Shown here: one piece after another, positions 20,803-29,577 of the stretch
Layout: each line of letters begins with the position of its first letter
Position numbering within the stretch: the stretch's first letter is position 1
Translations under genes and position numbers: made by a program
The notes under the pieces: generated by a model
The model's input: only the letters and a program-made list of their open reading frames with translations
What the model was told of the DNA's origin: nothing
The model's database searches: none
Assembly: GCA_963753345.1 (NCBI GenBank)
Contig: CAVWBU010000049.1
Location: 96,001-160,000, forward strand
Length of the DNA: 64,000 bases
Source of the DNA: an uncultured Fibrobacterota bacterium
GTDB lineage: Bacteria; Fibrobacterota; Chitinivibrionia; Chitinivibrionales; FEN-1185
Direction: 5' to 3'

Positions 20803-21750
20803 TCAGCAGAATCCTTTCTCCGTGAGCCATTTCTGCGCGTCAAGCGCGGCCATGCAGCCGCTGCCCGCGGCCGTGATTGCCTGGCGGTAGCGGAAGTCCT
20901 GCACGTCGCCGGCCGCGAATACGCCCTCCACCGAAGTCTGGGCCGTGCCGGGGTGCGTAAAAATGTATCCCGCCTCGGTGAGCCTGAGCTGGCCGGCCAG
21001 AAACTCCGTGTTGGGTCGGTGGCCTATCGCCTCGAACGCGCCGCGCACCTCGAGAGCCGAGGTTTCGCCCGTATGCGTGTCCCTGAGTTTGATGCCCGAC
21101 AGCGCTTTGTCGCCCACGAATTCCTCAACGACCTTGTTCCACAGGATTTCGATCTTCCCGTGCCCGAGGGCGCGCTGTTGCATGATGGTGCTTGCGCGAA
21201 GGGAATCGCGCCGGTGAATCATGTAGATTCTGGAGCCGAATTTTGCGAGGTGGAGCGCCTCCTCGACCGCGGTGTCCCCGCCGCCGATCACGGCAAGCGG
21301 TTTGTTGCGGAACACGGGAAGCGCGCCGTCGCACACCGCGCAGGCCGAGATGCCGCGCCCGAAGAACTTCTTCTCCGATTCCAGGGGAAGGCGCCGCGCA
21401 ACGGCGCCGGTGGCGACGATGAGCGAGCAGGCCTGATAGGTCCCGCCGCCCGCAGAGGTGATGGTGAACGGCCCGGCATCGAGCTTGACGGATTCGACAT
21501 CCTCGGTGACGAACCTGACGCCGAACCGGCTCGCCTGTTCGCGCATTTCGGCCATGAGTTTCTGGCCGCTTATCCCGTCCTTAAAACCGGGGAAATTCTC
21601 GATGTCGGTGGTGAGCATGAGCTGGCCGCCCGGAATCCCGCCCGCCTGGAACCCTTCGATAAGAAGCGGCTTGAGGTTCGACCTGGACGCGTAGATCGAC
21701 GCGGTAAGGCCCGCAGGCCCGGAACCGATGATGATGAGATTTTCGGACAT
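20803..21750 (-). CDS. trxB: Thioredoxin-disulfide reductase
   Basis: IIGSGPAG, GGQL..TT..EN.PGF, CAVCDG, GGGDTA, FAAGDV. Confidence 0.96.
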   Translation of the reverse strand: MSENLIIIGSGPAGLTASIYASRSNLKPLLIEGFQAGGIPGGQLMLTTDIENFPGFKDGISGQKLMAEMREQASRFGVRFVTEDVESVKLDAGPFTITSAGGGTYQACSLIVATGAVARRLPLESEKKFFGRGISACAVCDGALPVFRNKPLAVIGGGDTAVEEALHLAKFGSRIYMIHRRDSLRASTIMQQRALGHGKIEILWNKVVEEFVGDKALSGIKLRDTHTGETSALEVRGAFEAIGHRPNTEFLAGQLRLTEAGYIFTHPGTAQTSVEGVFAAGDVQDFRYRQAITAAGSGCMAALDAQKWLTEKGFC

Positions 21751-21851
21751 TTGTTTCCTTCTGCAGACGTTTTTTACAAGACAAAAATACAAAGGGGAAA
21801 TGCGGTGAGGTCGAAGAATCGATTACAATTCAGCTTTAATAAAGTCTTCAT

Positions 21852-22003
21852 GTGGGGGAAGGCTCCCCCTCGCTTCAGCCCGGCGCGCTTCCAAATAGCA
21901 ACGCAGGCCAACTACGCGCCGGTCTTCCGCTACCCCCTCCTGGGTAGCCCCCAAGTAAGTTGATTTGCAAGAAAGAAACTTCTGCTGCGGGGGCACCTAG
22001 AAG
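21852..22003 (+). repeat. Structured repeat family A, copy A3
   Basis: Same conserved blocks as A1. Confidence 0.9.
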
Positions 22004-22007
22004 AGTT

Positions 22008-22124
22008 GTTGAAAAGTTGAAACGTTGAAAAGTTGAAGCGTTGAATAGACAAAAGTTGAGTGGTTGAGGAGTTGAGAAGAAAAGACATGAACAAGTTGGC
22101 GATTGACAGTTGGCAGTTGACAGT
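22008..22124. repeat. Octamer (GTTGANNN) then heptamer (AGTTGRC) tandem tracts
   Basis: gttgaaaa gttgaaac gttgaaaa gttgaagc gttgaata ... agttggc agttgac. Confidence 0.8.
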
Positions 22125-22144
22125 AAATTTTAGGCGGATGCCAA

Positions 22145-22328
22145 TTGGCGCAAGAGGGGTAAATTGACAGAATAGATTCCCTCTGCCGCGCGCCAGGCCG
22201 GACTGGAAGGTGCGCTGGAGCGCATTGCCGCCTGATCCCTAGCCGAAGGCGGTTGGGACAGGCGGCAACGAGGCCGAAAGGCCGAGCCTGGAAGGAGGGC
22301 CGCCGCCGTACTGCGGCGGGGCGCCCAA
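22145..22328 (+). repeat. Structured repeat family B, copy B1 (candidate ncRNA or folded ssDNA element)
   Basis: TTGGCGCAA..TTGACAGAATAGATT..TGCCGCGCGCCAGG..GACTGGA..GGGGCGCCCAA; four further copies. Confidence 0.9.
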
Positions 22329-22438
22329 GTATTTTTTAGAATTGGTCATTATTTATTTGACCCTTTTCCCCCTTTTCCGCGACAATATAATAAGGAATAG
22401 GGAATCAGGACATAATCCAGGCGCGCGTGCCTCTGGTA

Positions 22439-22468
22439 TTGACTTGCCACAGATAGTAGTTGTATACT
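22439..22468 (+). promoter_or_regulatory. Sigma70-type promoter
   Basis: TTGACT-18 nt-TATACT upstream of ATG 22515. Confidence 0.5.
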
Positions 22469-22514
22469 CCATGGTATATAGACTGTTCCAATAACCCAAG
22501 CAAAGGAAACAGCC

Positions 22515-23907
22515 ATGAACAGCGTTAAAACCATCATTGCCATGGCCTGTGCCATGACTATTGCCGGTTCTTCCGGGGCGGCCACCATCTTTTCGGATAA
22601 TTTTTCGGACACCAATGCGTCCAAACTCAACTGGAACGCGCTGGCGGCGCAGGGATTTACGGCAACCTACCGGGAGGAGCGCTTGTGCTCAAGAACCCCG
22701 ATGCCACCTACAGCGCGTTTTACATGCATCTGTTCACCGGTACCAAGCCCTCCACGTTCAGCCTTTCGGCGACGTTTACCATAGCCGATTCCTCGGTAAA
22801 CGGCGCCGGCCTCATGTTCTGCCTCAACTCAACGACCGTTTCGGGTTACGCGACGCTGCTCGGCAACACGCAATATCTCTTTCTGCGTTAAGTACACAGC
22901 GTCCGCGCAGCCCGACCTAAAGGACAAGTTCAGCCCATTTATCAAGCAGCTTCCCGCCACGAACACAATCCTGGTCAGCAAGACGGGCAGCGTATTCGAC
23001 GTGTTCTGCAACGATCATTACATAACGCAGGTTCAGCGACGCGACCTTCGCAAGCGGCGACATCGGCATTCTCGTTCCTCAAAAGGCGACCATCAAGGTG
23101 GACAACGTGCTCATGACCGACCAGGCGACACCCCCACCCCTGTCGGCCTGCTATGCCGATTCCTTTCTGACAACCGCGAGCGACGCGTGGTCGAGCCCCT
23201 CTGCGGGTGAGGCCACCTTCGGCGGCGGGCAGCTGGTGCTCAACAACACCGACGCGGTTTATTCGAGCACCATCTACACCGACGGGATTAATCCGAAGGG
23301 GTCCATCAAGGCCGTGGTGTCGCACAAGAGCGGCGCCGGGGCCTACGGCGTTGCTTTTGTGGAAAGCGATTCGAACAGGGTGACGCCGTTCGCGTTTTGC
23401 GTCGACTCATCCCGCCACTACTCGATTGTCAACCCCGACAGCCCCACCATAAGCTCGCATATCGCGGTCGGGATCGTCTACGGCGGCCTCGGCACCGACA
23501 CCATCGAGGTCCTTCAATACGCCAAGAAATGGGTCTTTCTGATAAACGGCGGCGTGCAGGACTCCGTGCCCATTCCCGCCGATTTCCGCGTGGATGGGTT
23601 CGGGCTCTACGCGAGCAAGCAGACGTCGATGGCGTGCAGTTACTTTGTGGCCGGCGGCGACAGCACCGGCGCGAGGTGCGCCGCCCTTCCGGTGATATCA
23701 CGGATTCCCGCGCCTGGACTTAGATCCGCTGTGCCGGTTTTCGGCAGGGGGAGCACGGTATACGACGTGCGGGGAAGAAGGGTCGGTGTTTTTGACCGCG
23801 CAACATTCGGCAGGTCGAATTTTCCGGCCGGTCTTTACTTTGTGGTGCCTGCGGGCAGGAAAGTGGGAACCATGGGCGCGCTGCCGGTTCTAAAGACGGG
23901 TAACTGA
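22515..23907 (+). CDS. Secreted protein with two concanavalin/LamG-like beta-sandwich repeats and T9SS-type C-terminus; three frameshifts (near 22670, 22882, 23031)
   Basis: AAGGA RBS, signal peptide, IFSDNF. The segments join into one coherent protein with duplicated GG.LVL.N.DA.YS. C-terminal YDVRGRRV...AGLYFV. Confidence 0.65.
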
Positions 23908-23926
23908 AGTCCTGCGGCAATAGATG

Positions 23927-23960
23927 AAAAAAGCCCCGGTCAGTTGTGCCGGGGCTTTTT
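23927..23960. terminator. Bidirectional intrinsic terminator
   Basis: AAAAAAGCCCCGG-loop-CCGGGGCTTTTT between convergent genes. Confidence 0.85.
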
Positions 23961-23981
23961 CTTTTCGCGCTATTCGGCTTC

Positions 23982-24164
23982 CTATGTTTTTGCCATCGCC
24001 TTGAGGCATTTCATGCACACTTTCATGTGGCGTGACGTGCCGTTCACCTTTGTCTTTATGGTGCGAAGATTGGGGAAAAAGATTCTCTTGTTGACGTTGT
24101 GCGCGTGCGACAGGGTATTACCGGATTCCGGATGTTTTCCGCACACTTCACATGTTTTCGACAT
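23982..24164 (-). CDS. rpmB: 50S ribosomal protein L28
   Basis: MSKTCEVCGK..GN..SHAHN..KR.F.PNL...CMKCLK; AGGAGG RBS. Confidence 0.96.
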   Translation of the reverse strand: MSKTCEVCGKHPESGNTLSHAHNVNKRIFFPNLRTIKTKVNGTSRHMKVCMKCLKAMAKT

Positions 24165-24293
24165 AAAAGCCTCCTGATAATTTCGCGTTTGTTCCTTTTT
24201 GCAGGTGACTAATATAGATTATCCTCGTTTTATTATTCAAGGAAATTGGTTGGGGCTTTGTTAATATTCGTGAATCAATTAAGATAGAAAACG

Positions 24294-24455
24294 TGGGCGC
24301 CCCGCCACGCTGAAGCGTGTCGGCGGCCCTCCCTCCGGTCTCGGGCTCGCCCTCGGGCCGCCTCGGCCCTATGCCGCGAGTACGCGGCCGGGTCCGGGCG
24401 GCATCCCGCTCTAGCGGGACCTCCGGTCCGGCCTGGCGCCGGGCAGAAGACTATT
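24294..24455 (-). repeat. Structured repeat family B, copy B2
   Basis: Reverse complement reads GGCGCCAGGCCGGACCGGAGGTCCCGCTAGAGCGGGATGCCGCC...GGGGCGCCC. Confidence 0.88.
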
Positions 24456-24615
24456 GCCGATTTTATCTCATTGGCCGTTGGTACCAATTCAGGCCTGAGC
24501 GCAGGGAAGAAGTGAGCTACGGAGTCTTATCTTTATTGCAATCGCGGCGGGGCGTATTTTTTTAGGTGGAGGAATCCCTCGTCAGGATCATGCAAGAAAT
24601 TCCGGAAAAGAAATC

Positions 24616-25206
24616 ATGATAGAAGGCCTCAAGCCGTTCTATAATTCTGTCTTGAAACCTGTTGCGGACATTTTCGCAAAGGCCGGAATTCATCCCCATG
24701 CAATTAGCCTTGGCGGGGTCGTGCTGTCTGTCATTGCAGCGTATTGCTGCGCAAGAGGACATTGGCCGCTCGCCGCGCTGCTGGTGTTCTGCGGGTCATG
24801 CATGGACGGGCTCGACGGGCTCGTGTCGCGTGAAACGGGCAAGCAGACGCGCTTTGGCGCGGTACTCGACTCCGCAGCCGACAGGGTCACCGAGACGGCG
24901 TGGTTTTTCGGGTTGCTGCTTTACTACGCAGCCAACCCGACGCACGGCGAAGCAGGAATTTATCTTGCTTTTCTTGCCCATGCAGGCTCGCAGATGGTAA
25001 GCTATGTGAGGGCGCGCTGCGAGGGCGCGGGCATAGCGTGCAAGGAGGGAATCCTTCAGCGGCCCGAACGCATTGTCATCATCATTGCATGCCTCCTCTT
25101 GGGTCCCGCATTAATGTTGTGGGGACTCGGTATTATCGCCGCTCTCGGATTTGCCACCGCGCTGCAGCGCTGCGGCGCAGCATGGCGCGCCGGCAACAAA
25201 AGATAG
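24616..25206 (+). CDS. CDP-alcohol phosphatidyltransferase (PgsA/PIP-synthase-like)
   Basis: DGLDG..SR..G..T.FGA.LDS..DR signature; SYVRAR.E, RPER. Confidence 0.9.
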   Translation: MIEGLKPFYNSVLKPVADIFAKAGIHPHAISLGGVVLSVIAAYCCARGHWPLAALLVFCGSCMDGLDGLVSRETGKQTRFGAVLDSAADRVTETAWFFGLLLYYAANPTHGEAGIYLAFLAHAGSQMVSYVRARCEGAGIACKEGILQRPERIVIIIACLLLGPALMLWGLGIIAALGFATALQRCGAAWRAGNKR

Positions 25207-25228
25207 ACAATCGGAGGGATCGTCACCA

Positions 25229-26569
25229 GTGCTTCTCCTGTCGCTCAAGTTCTGGCGGGAATACCATACCAACCCGAAAGCGGCCCTGGAATCGCTGCGC
25301 ATCAACCGGCGCAGGATTTCGTACCCGGTTCTCAAATTTGCCACGTTCGTGCGGATCGTCTTCGATGAATACCTTCAGAACCATTGCATCACGCGCGCCT
25401 CCGCGCTGGCGTTTGCCCTGCTGCTCACCCTCATTCCGCTTCTGGTGTGCATTTCGCTGGTGATGACCAAAGTCATGGACGTGCCGCTGCCGCAAATGGA
25501 GAAGGTGCTGGCGTTTTTCCTCCCGTTCGCGCCCCAGACCGTGCTTGCGCACCTGAGCACATTCTTTACTAATGCGCAGAAGGTGAAGGGGTGGGGCATC
25601 GGCGTGCTCATCATTGTCACGCTGAGCCTGTTCGGCACCGTGGAAGAGGCGCTCAACATCATCTGGAAAGTGCCGCGGTCGCGCTCATTCTTCGTGCGCC
25701 TCCGCACCTTCACCATGGTGATGGTCTACAGCCCTGTTTTGTTCTTCGCTTCGTTTCAGGTGCGTCGCAACATCATGCCCGACATCAAGACGGTCTACAT
25801 TTACTCGCTTGACGTGCTCTCGTTCGTGCTCATCGTGCTGGCATTCACGGTTTTTGTCTGGGTGGTTCCCAACACCAAGGTAAGGTTCAGGCAGGCCGCC
25901 CTGGGCGGCATAGTGTCGGGCCTGCTGTTCGAACTCGAGCGCTACTGCTTTTCCCTGTATGTGAGCTTCAATGCGCAGACGCTCACCATCTACGGCGCGT
26001 TCGGGATCTTTCTCTTCTTTCTCATCTCGCTGTTTCTTGCCTCGTGCTTTGTCCTGTTCGGCGCCGAAGTCGCGTTTGTCGCGCAGAACTTCAGGCCGCT
26101 GCTCCGCGCCAAGAAACGGTGGGAACGGCGGATCAGCGACTACAAGACCTATATGAGCCTCCGCGTGATGATCGACGCCGTGTCCGCGTTTCTCGCGCAT
26201 AAAAATCCGCCCACCCTGTCCCACTTCATGAAGAAGTACGAGATGACCGAAACGCAGGCGCTGGGCATTGTAAACTCCCTGAAGCGGTGGGGGTTTCTCC
26301 ACTCGATAGGCGGCAACAGCAGCGGCAAGGACGCCTATGTGCCCACCCGCGATTTCGCTTCCGTTCCCCTGCGCGACGTGCTCGATGTCATCGAGGACGA
26401 AAACCGCTGCATCCCCACCACGCCCGACGACTTCGCCAGGAATTACGTGGCGGGCATCATCGCCGGCGTGCGCCAGCGGCCCGCGTCGCAGACCGATAAG
26501 TTGACGTTTGAGAAGCTCGTTGAGGAAATCGAGGAGGGGGAACGGAGGTTTCAGAAACCGGGGATTTAG
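25229..26569 (+). CDS. YihY/BrkB family membrane protein with C-terminal winged-helix-like extension
   Basis: ASALAF..LL.LIP, E.ALN.IW, VPNTKV, IYGAF, LFGAEV. Confidence 0.85.
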   Translation: MLLLSLKFWREYHTNPKAALESLRINRRRISYPVLKFATFVRIVFDEYLQNHCITRASALAFALLLTLIPLLVCISLVMTKVMDVPLPQMEKVLAFFLPFAPQTVLAHLSTFFTNAQKVKGWGIGVLIIVTLSLFGTVEEALNIIWKVPRSRSFFVRLRTFTMVMVYSPVLFFASFQVRRNIMPDIKTVYIYSLDVLSFVLIVLAFTVFVWVVPNTKVRFRQAALGGIVSGLLFELERYCFSLYVSFNAQTLTIYGAFGIFLFFLISLFLASCFVLFGAEVAFVAQNFRPLLRAKKRWERRISDYKTYMSLRVMIDAVSAFLAHKNPPTLSHFMKKYEMTETQALGIVNSLKRWGFLHSIGGNSSGKDAYVPTRDFASVPLRDVLDVIEDENRCIPTTPDDFARNYVAGIIAGVRQRPASQTDKLTFEKLVEEIEEGERRFQKPGI

Positions 26570-26622
26570 GGGCACGGACCGACATGAAAGTCTTCCCGCC
26601 GCAGATATAAATGGAGGTTCTC

Positions 26623-28410
26623 ATGAAATCATCCCGATTTTCTGCGGCTTTTGCGCTCGCGGCAGTCACACTCCTGTTTCTAACCGTTAATACCCAAGCG
26701 CGGCCGCTCGCATCTTCCGCTTCAATGGGCGGAACATTCTCCTTTGAGATGCACCAGGACACGATGGCGGATAAATATTATGCCGACGTGTTCGGCCCCA
26801 TCCCTCTTAGCGGCGCGCCTGCCGAAACTCTTTTCATTCCGCTTGCAGGCACCTACGCGGCCGGGACCCAGATTGCATCACCCGGCATTCCGTTTGTCAT
26901 CAAATATGTGTACCATGTCGAGTTGATGGATGCGGCCCAGAGTGTGAATGTGGTTGTGGCGAACAATTCCGGGGCAACCTTCGCTGCGCTGACTGTTAAC
27001 GCCGGGACCCTTGGCTCATCCACGATAAATAATCTCCAGCCCAATTCCTCCGGAAATTTGCAGTTCGATGCACGGGCGAAGACCATAGACAGCGTAATGA
27101 CCGTGTCAATCGCAGTCACGCCTTCAACAACCGGTGCGTTTGTCGCGGGAGACAACCTGCGGGTCATTTTTTCGCTCAACGGCCTTATTGCAACCAAGGT
27201 GGTGGCGCTCGATTCGATGCTTGCGGGATATCAGCGCATATTCACCAACGAGTATGCCATCACCGATACGTTGAACGTGGATTACCTGGACATCAGCAAA
27301 GGTTTTTTCAATTACACGGTGTTCAACTATACAGGCCTCGATCTGCAGCTGTCAATCGTTCATCGCAATGTGTGGCTGACGAGTTTCTGCAAAGGCAAAA
27401 TGCCCGCGCTTAACTCCATAACCGATCTCGTCGGCCTTACAATAACCGACTCAAACAATGCCTACGTAGGAGAGGTGACTCCAGGCTCCACTCGTATTGA
27501 TTTTTCCGCCGGGCAGGCCGACAGTTTTTCCAAGACCAATTTGTCCGGCTGCCGTCTCTTCCCGGAGTGGGATTCTGCAATGAAGAAATCCGTCACCAAG
27601 GTCGACTACATTATAAATGCAGGCGTGTACGGAAGGCGGGTGACCCTCTTGGCCGGCGATTCGCTTTCTTTCGTCATCAAGACCGTGATGTTTAAATACC
27701 TTGACATATCCGGAACGGTCATGGAATCCTACCATCTACCGGGCTTTTCTCTCACGTTTGCAGTACCGCCATCCTGGACCGCCGGTTCCGGTCCGAACTT
27801 GTTCGAATACTATATTGCCGTCAACATGCCGAACGGGGCGCTTCTGGACACCCTTGGCACTGCACAAAAAATCTTCGGCACCAAGAACCCCGCTATAAAC
27901 TGCCAATGGCTGGCGAATATCGCTCACGCCGCCAACAACGCAACTGTCAATGAACAGGTGGACATCTCCCCGGTGCTTGGCCCCAAACCGGATTCGATGT
28001 GCTTCACCGAAGAGAACACTATTCCTGCAGGCACGAAGGTTCTACTGGTTAATGACCTGACTGATCCGACAGATTCGTCCTATGCCAAGCACATCGGCCG
28101 CATGACCATCCGCGACAGCATCGCGTTTGCGCCTTCCACCATTGTGGAGTACGACCCCGTGGCACCCTTGTCATTTGCGTGCCAAGCGGCGTTCCCGGTC
28201 CTCCGGTATTCTCTGCCCCGGCAATGCCGTGTGAGCGCCGATTTCTACGACATGAAGGGCAGGCTGGTCTACTCGTATGTCAACAAGAGCCAGGGCCCCG
28301 GTTCGTATGCGCTGAGAATTCCAACGGCACCATGGCCGCACGGCATGTATTGCATGGTTTTCAAAGCGGGGAGTTTTGGGAAGAGGGAGAAAGTGGCGGT
28401 AGTGAGGTGA
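26623..28410 (+). CDS. Secreted protein with T9SS-type C-terminal domain
   Basis: GGAGG RBS, signal peptide, C-terminal YSLP...FYDMKGRLV...GMY. Confidence 0.75.
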   Translation: MKSSRFSAAFALAAVTLLFLTVNTQARPLASSASMGGTFSFEMHQDTMADKYYADVFGPIPLSGAPAETLFIPLAGTYAAGTQIASPGIPFVIKYVYHVELMDAAQSVNVVVANNSGATFAALTVNAGTLGSSTINNLQPNSSGNLQFDARAKTIDSVMTVSIAVTPSTTGAFVAGDNLRVIFSLNGLIATKVVALDSMLAGYQRIFTNEYAITDTLNVDYLDISKGFFNYTVFNYTGLDLQLSIVHRNVWLTSFCKGKMPALNSITDLVGLTITDSNNAYVGEVTPGSTRIDFSAGQADSFSKTNLSGCRLFPEWDSAMKKSVTKVDYIINAGVYGRRVTLLAGDSLSFVIKTVMFKYLDISGTVMESYHLPGFSLTFAVPPSWTAGSGPNLFEYYIAVNMPNGALLDTLGTAQKIFGTKNPAINCQWLANIAHAANNATVNEQVDISPVLGPKPDSMCFTEENTIPAGTKVLLVNDLTDPTDSSYAKHIGRMTIRDSIAFAPSTIVEYDPVAPLSFACQAAFPVLRYSLPRQCRVSADFYDMKGRLVYSYVNKSQGPGSYALRIPTAPWPHGMYCMVFKAGSFGKREKVAVVR

Positions 28411-28454
28411 GGAACGATGGCGATGAAACTGGTGATACAAGTTCAGCACAACTG

Positions 28455-28506
28455 GAGATTGCTTCGCGGAGTTTATCCCGAGTTCTGTCGAGTGGCTCGC
28501 AATGAC
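28455..28506 (+). repeat. REP-like element GAGATTGCTTCG...CTCGCAATGAC (single copy here)
   Basis: ATTGC..CG / CGCAAT arms enclosing GTTTATCCCGAG..GTCGAG. Recognised from memory as a widespread palindromic repeat type. Confidence 0.5.
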
Positions 28507-28551
28507 AATCATTCCTTTCAATCTACAAATGCGAATGTTCATTGCAGATCC

Positions 28552-28708
28552 CACTGCTCTCCAAGGGTGCCCCCGCACAGGTGCTTGATTCTTGCAACCG
28601 GCCTCTCTAGGGGGACACCCTGGAGAGGGGAGTGTCGAGGACCGTAGGGCCGAGACCGGGGGAGACGACCCTTGGAAGTACCCGACGGGGTAAACTTCTC
28701 CCCCGACA
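28552..28708 (-). repeat. Structured repeat family A, copy A4
   Basis: Reverse complement shares GAAGTTTACCCCGTCGGGTACTTCCAAGGGTCGT with A2 and GAATCAAGCA.CTGTG.GGGGCACC...AGAGCAGT with A5. Confidence 0.85.
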
Positions 28709-28764
28709 TTATGTCTTTCAAAATTATCGGGTTGCCTTCTTAAATCCCTTCACACTCTTCGTCA

Positions 28765-29523
28765 TCACCTTATCATTCTCCCCTTATTCTTCAAATTCTC
28801 CTCAACAATCTTTACCAACGCGCTTCCCACAATCGCGCCATCTGCCCCGGCCGCTTTCATGTGACGAACATGATCGGGTGTTGAAATCCCGAACCCGACG
28901 TATAGTGGTTTATTCGTCACTTTTCGGAGCCTCGCAAGCGTGGTATCAACGGTCACATTGAGTTTTCTCTGCACACCTGTCGTTCCCAAACGCGAAACAA
29001 CATACACAAAGCCGGTGACGTGCTTGCATATATATTGCATGCGCTCATTGGGCGTGAGTTCCGAAACAATATATACGGTTTGCAAACCATGCTTTCTCAT
29101 TGCGGCGGAAAGCTCGGCCGATTCCTCGGGCGGCATGTCGGCGACGAGCAGGCTGTCTATGCCGCTATCGGCCGCGCGTTTGCAGAAGGTATCATAGCCA
29201 AGGTGCCGTGCCGAATTTGCGTACATCAATATTCCTATGGGGCAATCGGAATACGCGCGGATATTCCTAATGAGCCTGAAAAAAGACGCGTGCGTCAAGC
29301 CGGCATCTATGGACCGTATCGCGGCGCGCTGGTTGATCGGGCCGTCGGCAACGGGGTCGGAGAAAGGGTAGCCGATTTCAAGGATGTCCGCGCCGCTGTC
29401 GATATATGCCTTGAGAATCGACTCGCTCGTCCGAATGTCCGGGTCACCCGCAACGGTGAACGGGACAAATGCGATTTCGTTGTGCTGCTTGAGCGACTTA
29501 AAAATATTTGAATATCGGTTCAT
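28765..29523 (-). CDS. trpA: Tryptophan synthase alpha chain
   Basis: AGDP, EIGYPFSDPVADGP.NQ, VSR.GTTG, VGFGI, GAIVGSA. Confidence 0.95.
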   Translation of the reverse strand: MNRYSNIFKSLKQHNEIAFVPFTVAGDPDIRTSESILKAYIDSGADILEIGYPFSDPVADGPINQRAAIRSIDAGLTHASFFRLIRNIRAYSDCPIGILMYANSARHLGYDTFCKRAADSGIDSLLVADMPPEESAELSAAMRKHGLQTVYIVSELTPNERMQYICKHVTGFVYVVSRLGTTGVQRKLNVTVDTTLARLRKVTNKPLYVGFGISTPDHVRHMKAAGADGAIVGSALVKIVEENLKNKGRMIR

Positions 29524-29538
29524 GATATTTTCTCGCCG

Positions 29539-29573
29539 TTAACTGCCAACTGTCAACCGTCAACTGTCAATTA
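29539..29573. repeat. Heptamer tandem tract filling the trpB-trpA spacer
   Basis: ttaactg ccaactg tcaaccg tcaactg tcaatta. Confidence 0.8.
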
Positions 29574-29577
29574 TAGG

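Noticed and set aside
20797-20808. trxB ends Cys-TGA in frame with the downstream ClpP ORF (possible selenocysteine or readthrough)
   Set aside because: Low-molecular-weight bacterial TrxR has no C-terminal Sec motif, no convincing SECIS hairpin follows the TGA, the next gene has its own ATG, and in-frame adjacency has a one-in-three chance.
22008-22124. Tandem tracts as a CRISPR array
   Set aside because: Period is 7-8 nt with no unique spacers, and no cas genes are present.
22145-22328. Family B as a riboswitch, tRNA, SRP or tmRNA
   Set aside because: No tRNA arms or CCA and no recognisable aptamer consensus. Downstream genes are functionally unrelated, and one copy lies between convergent genes.
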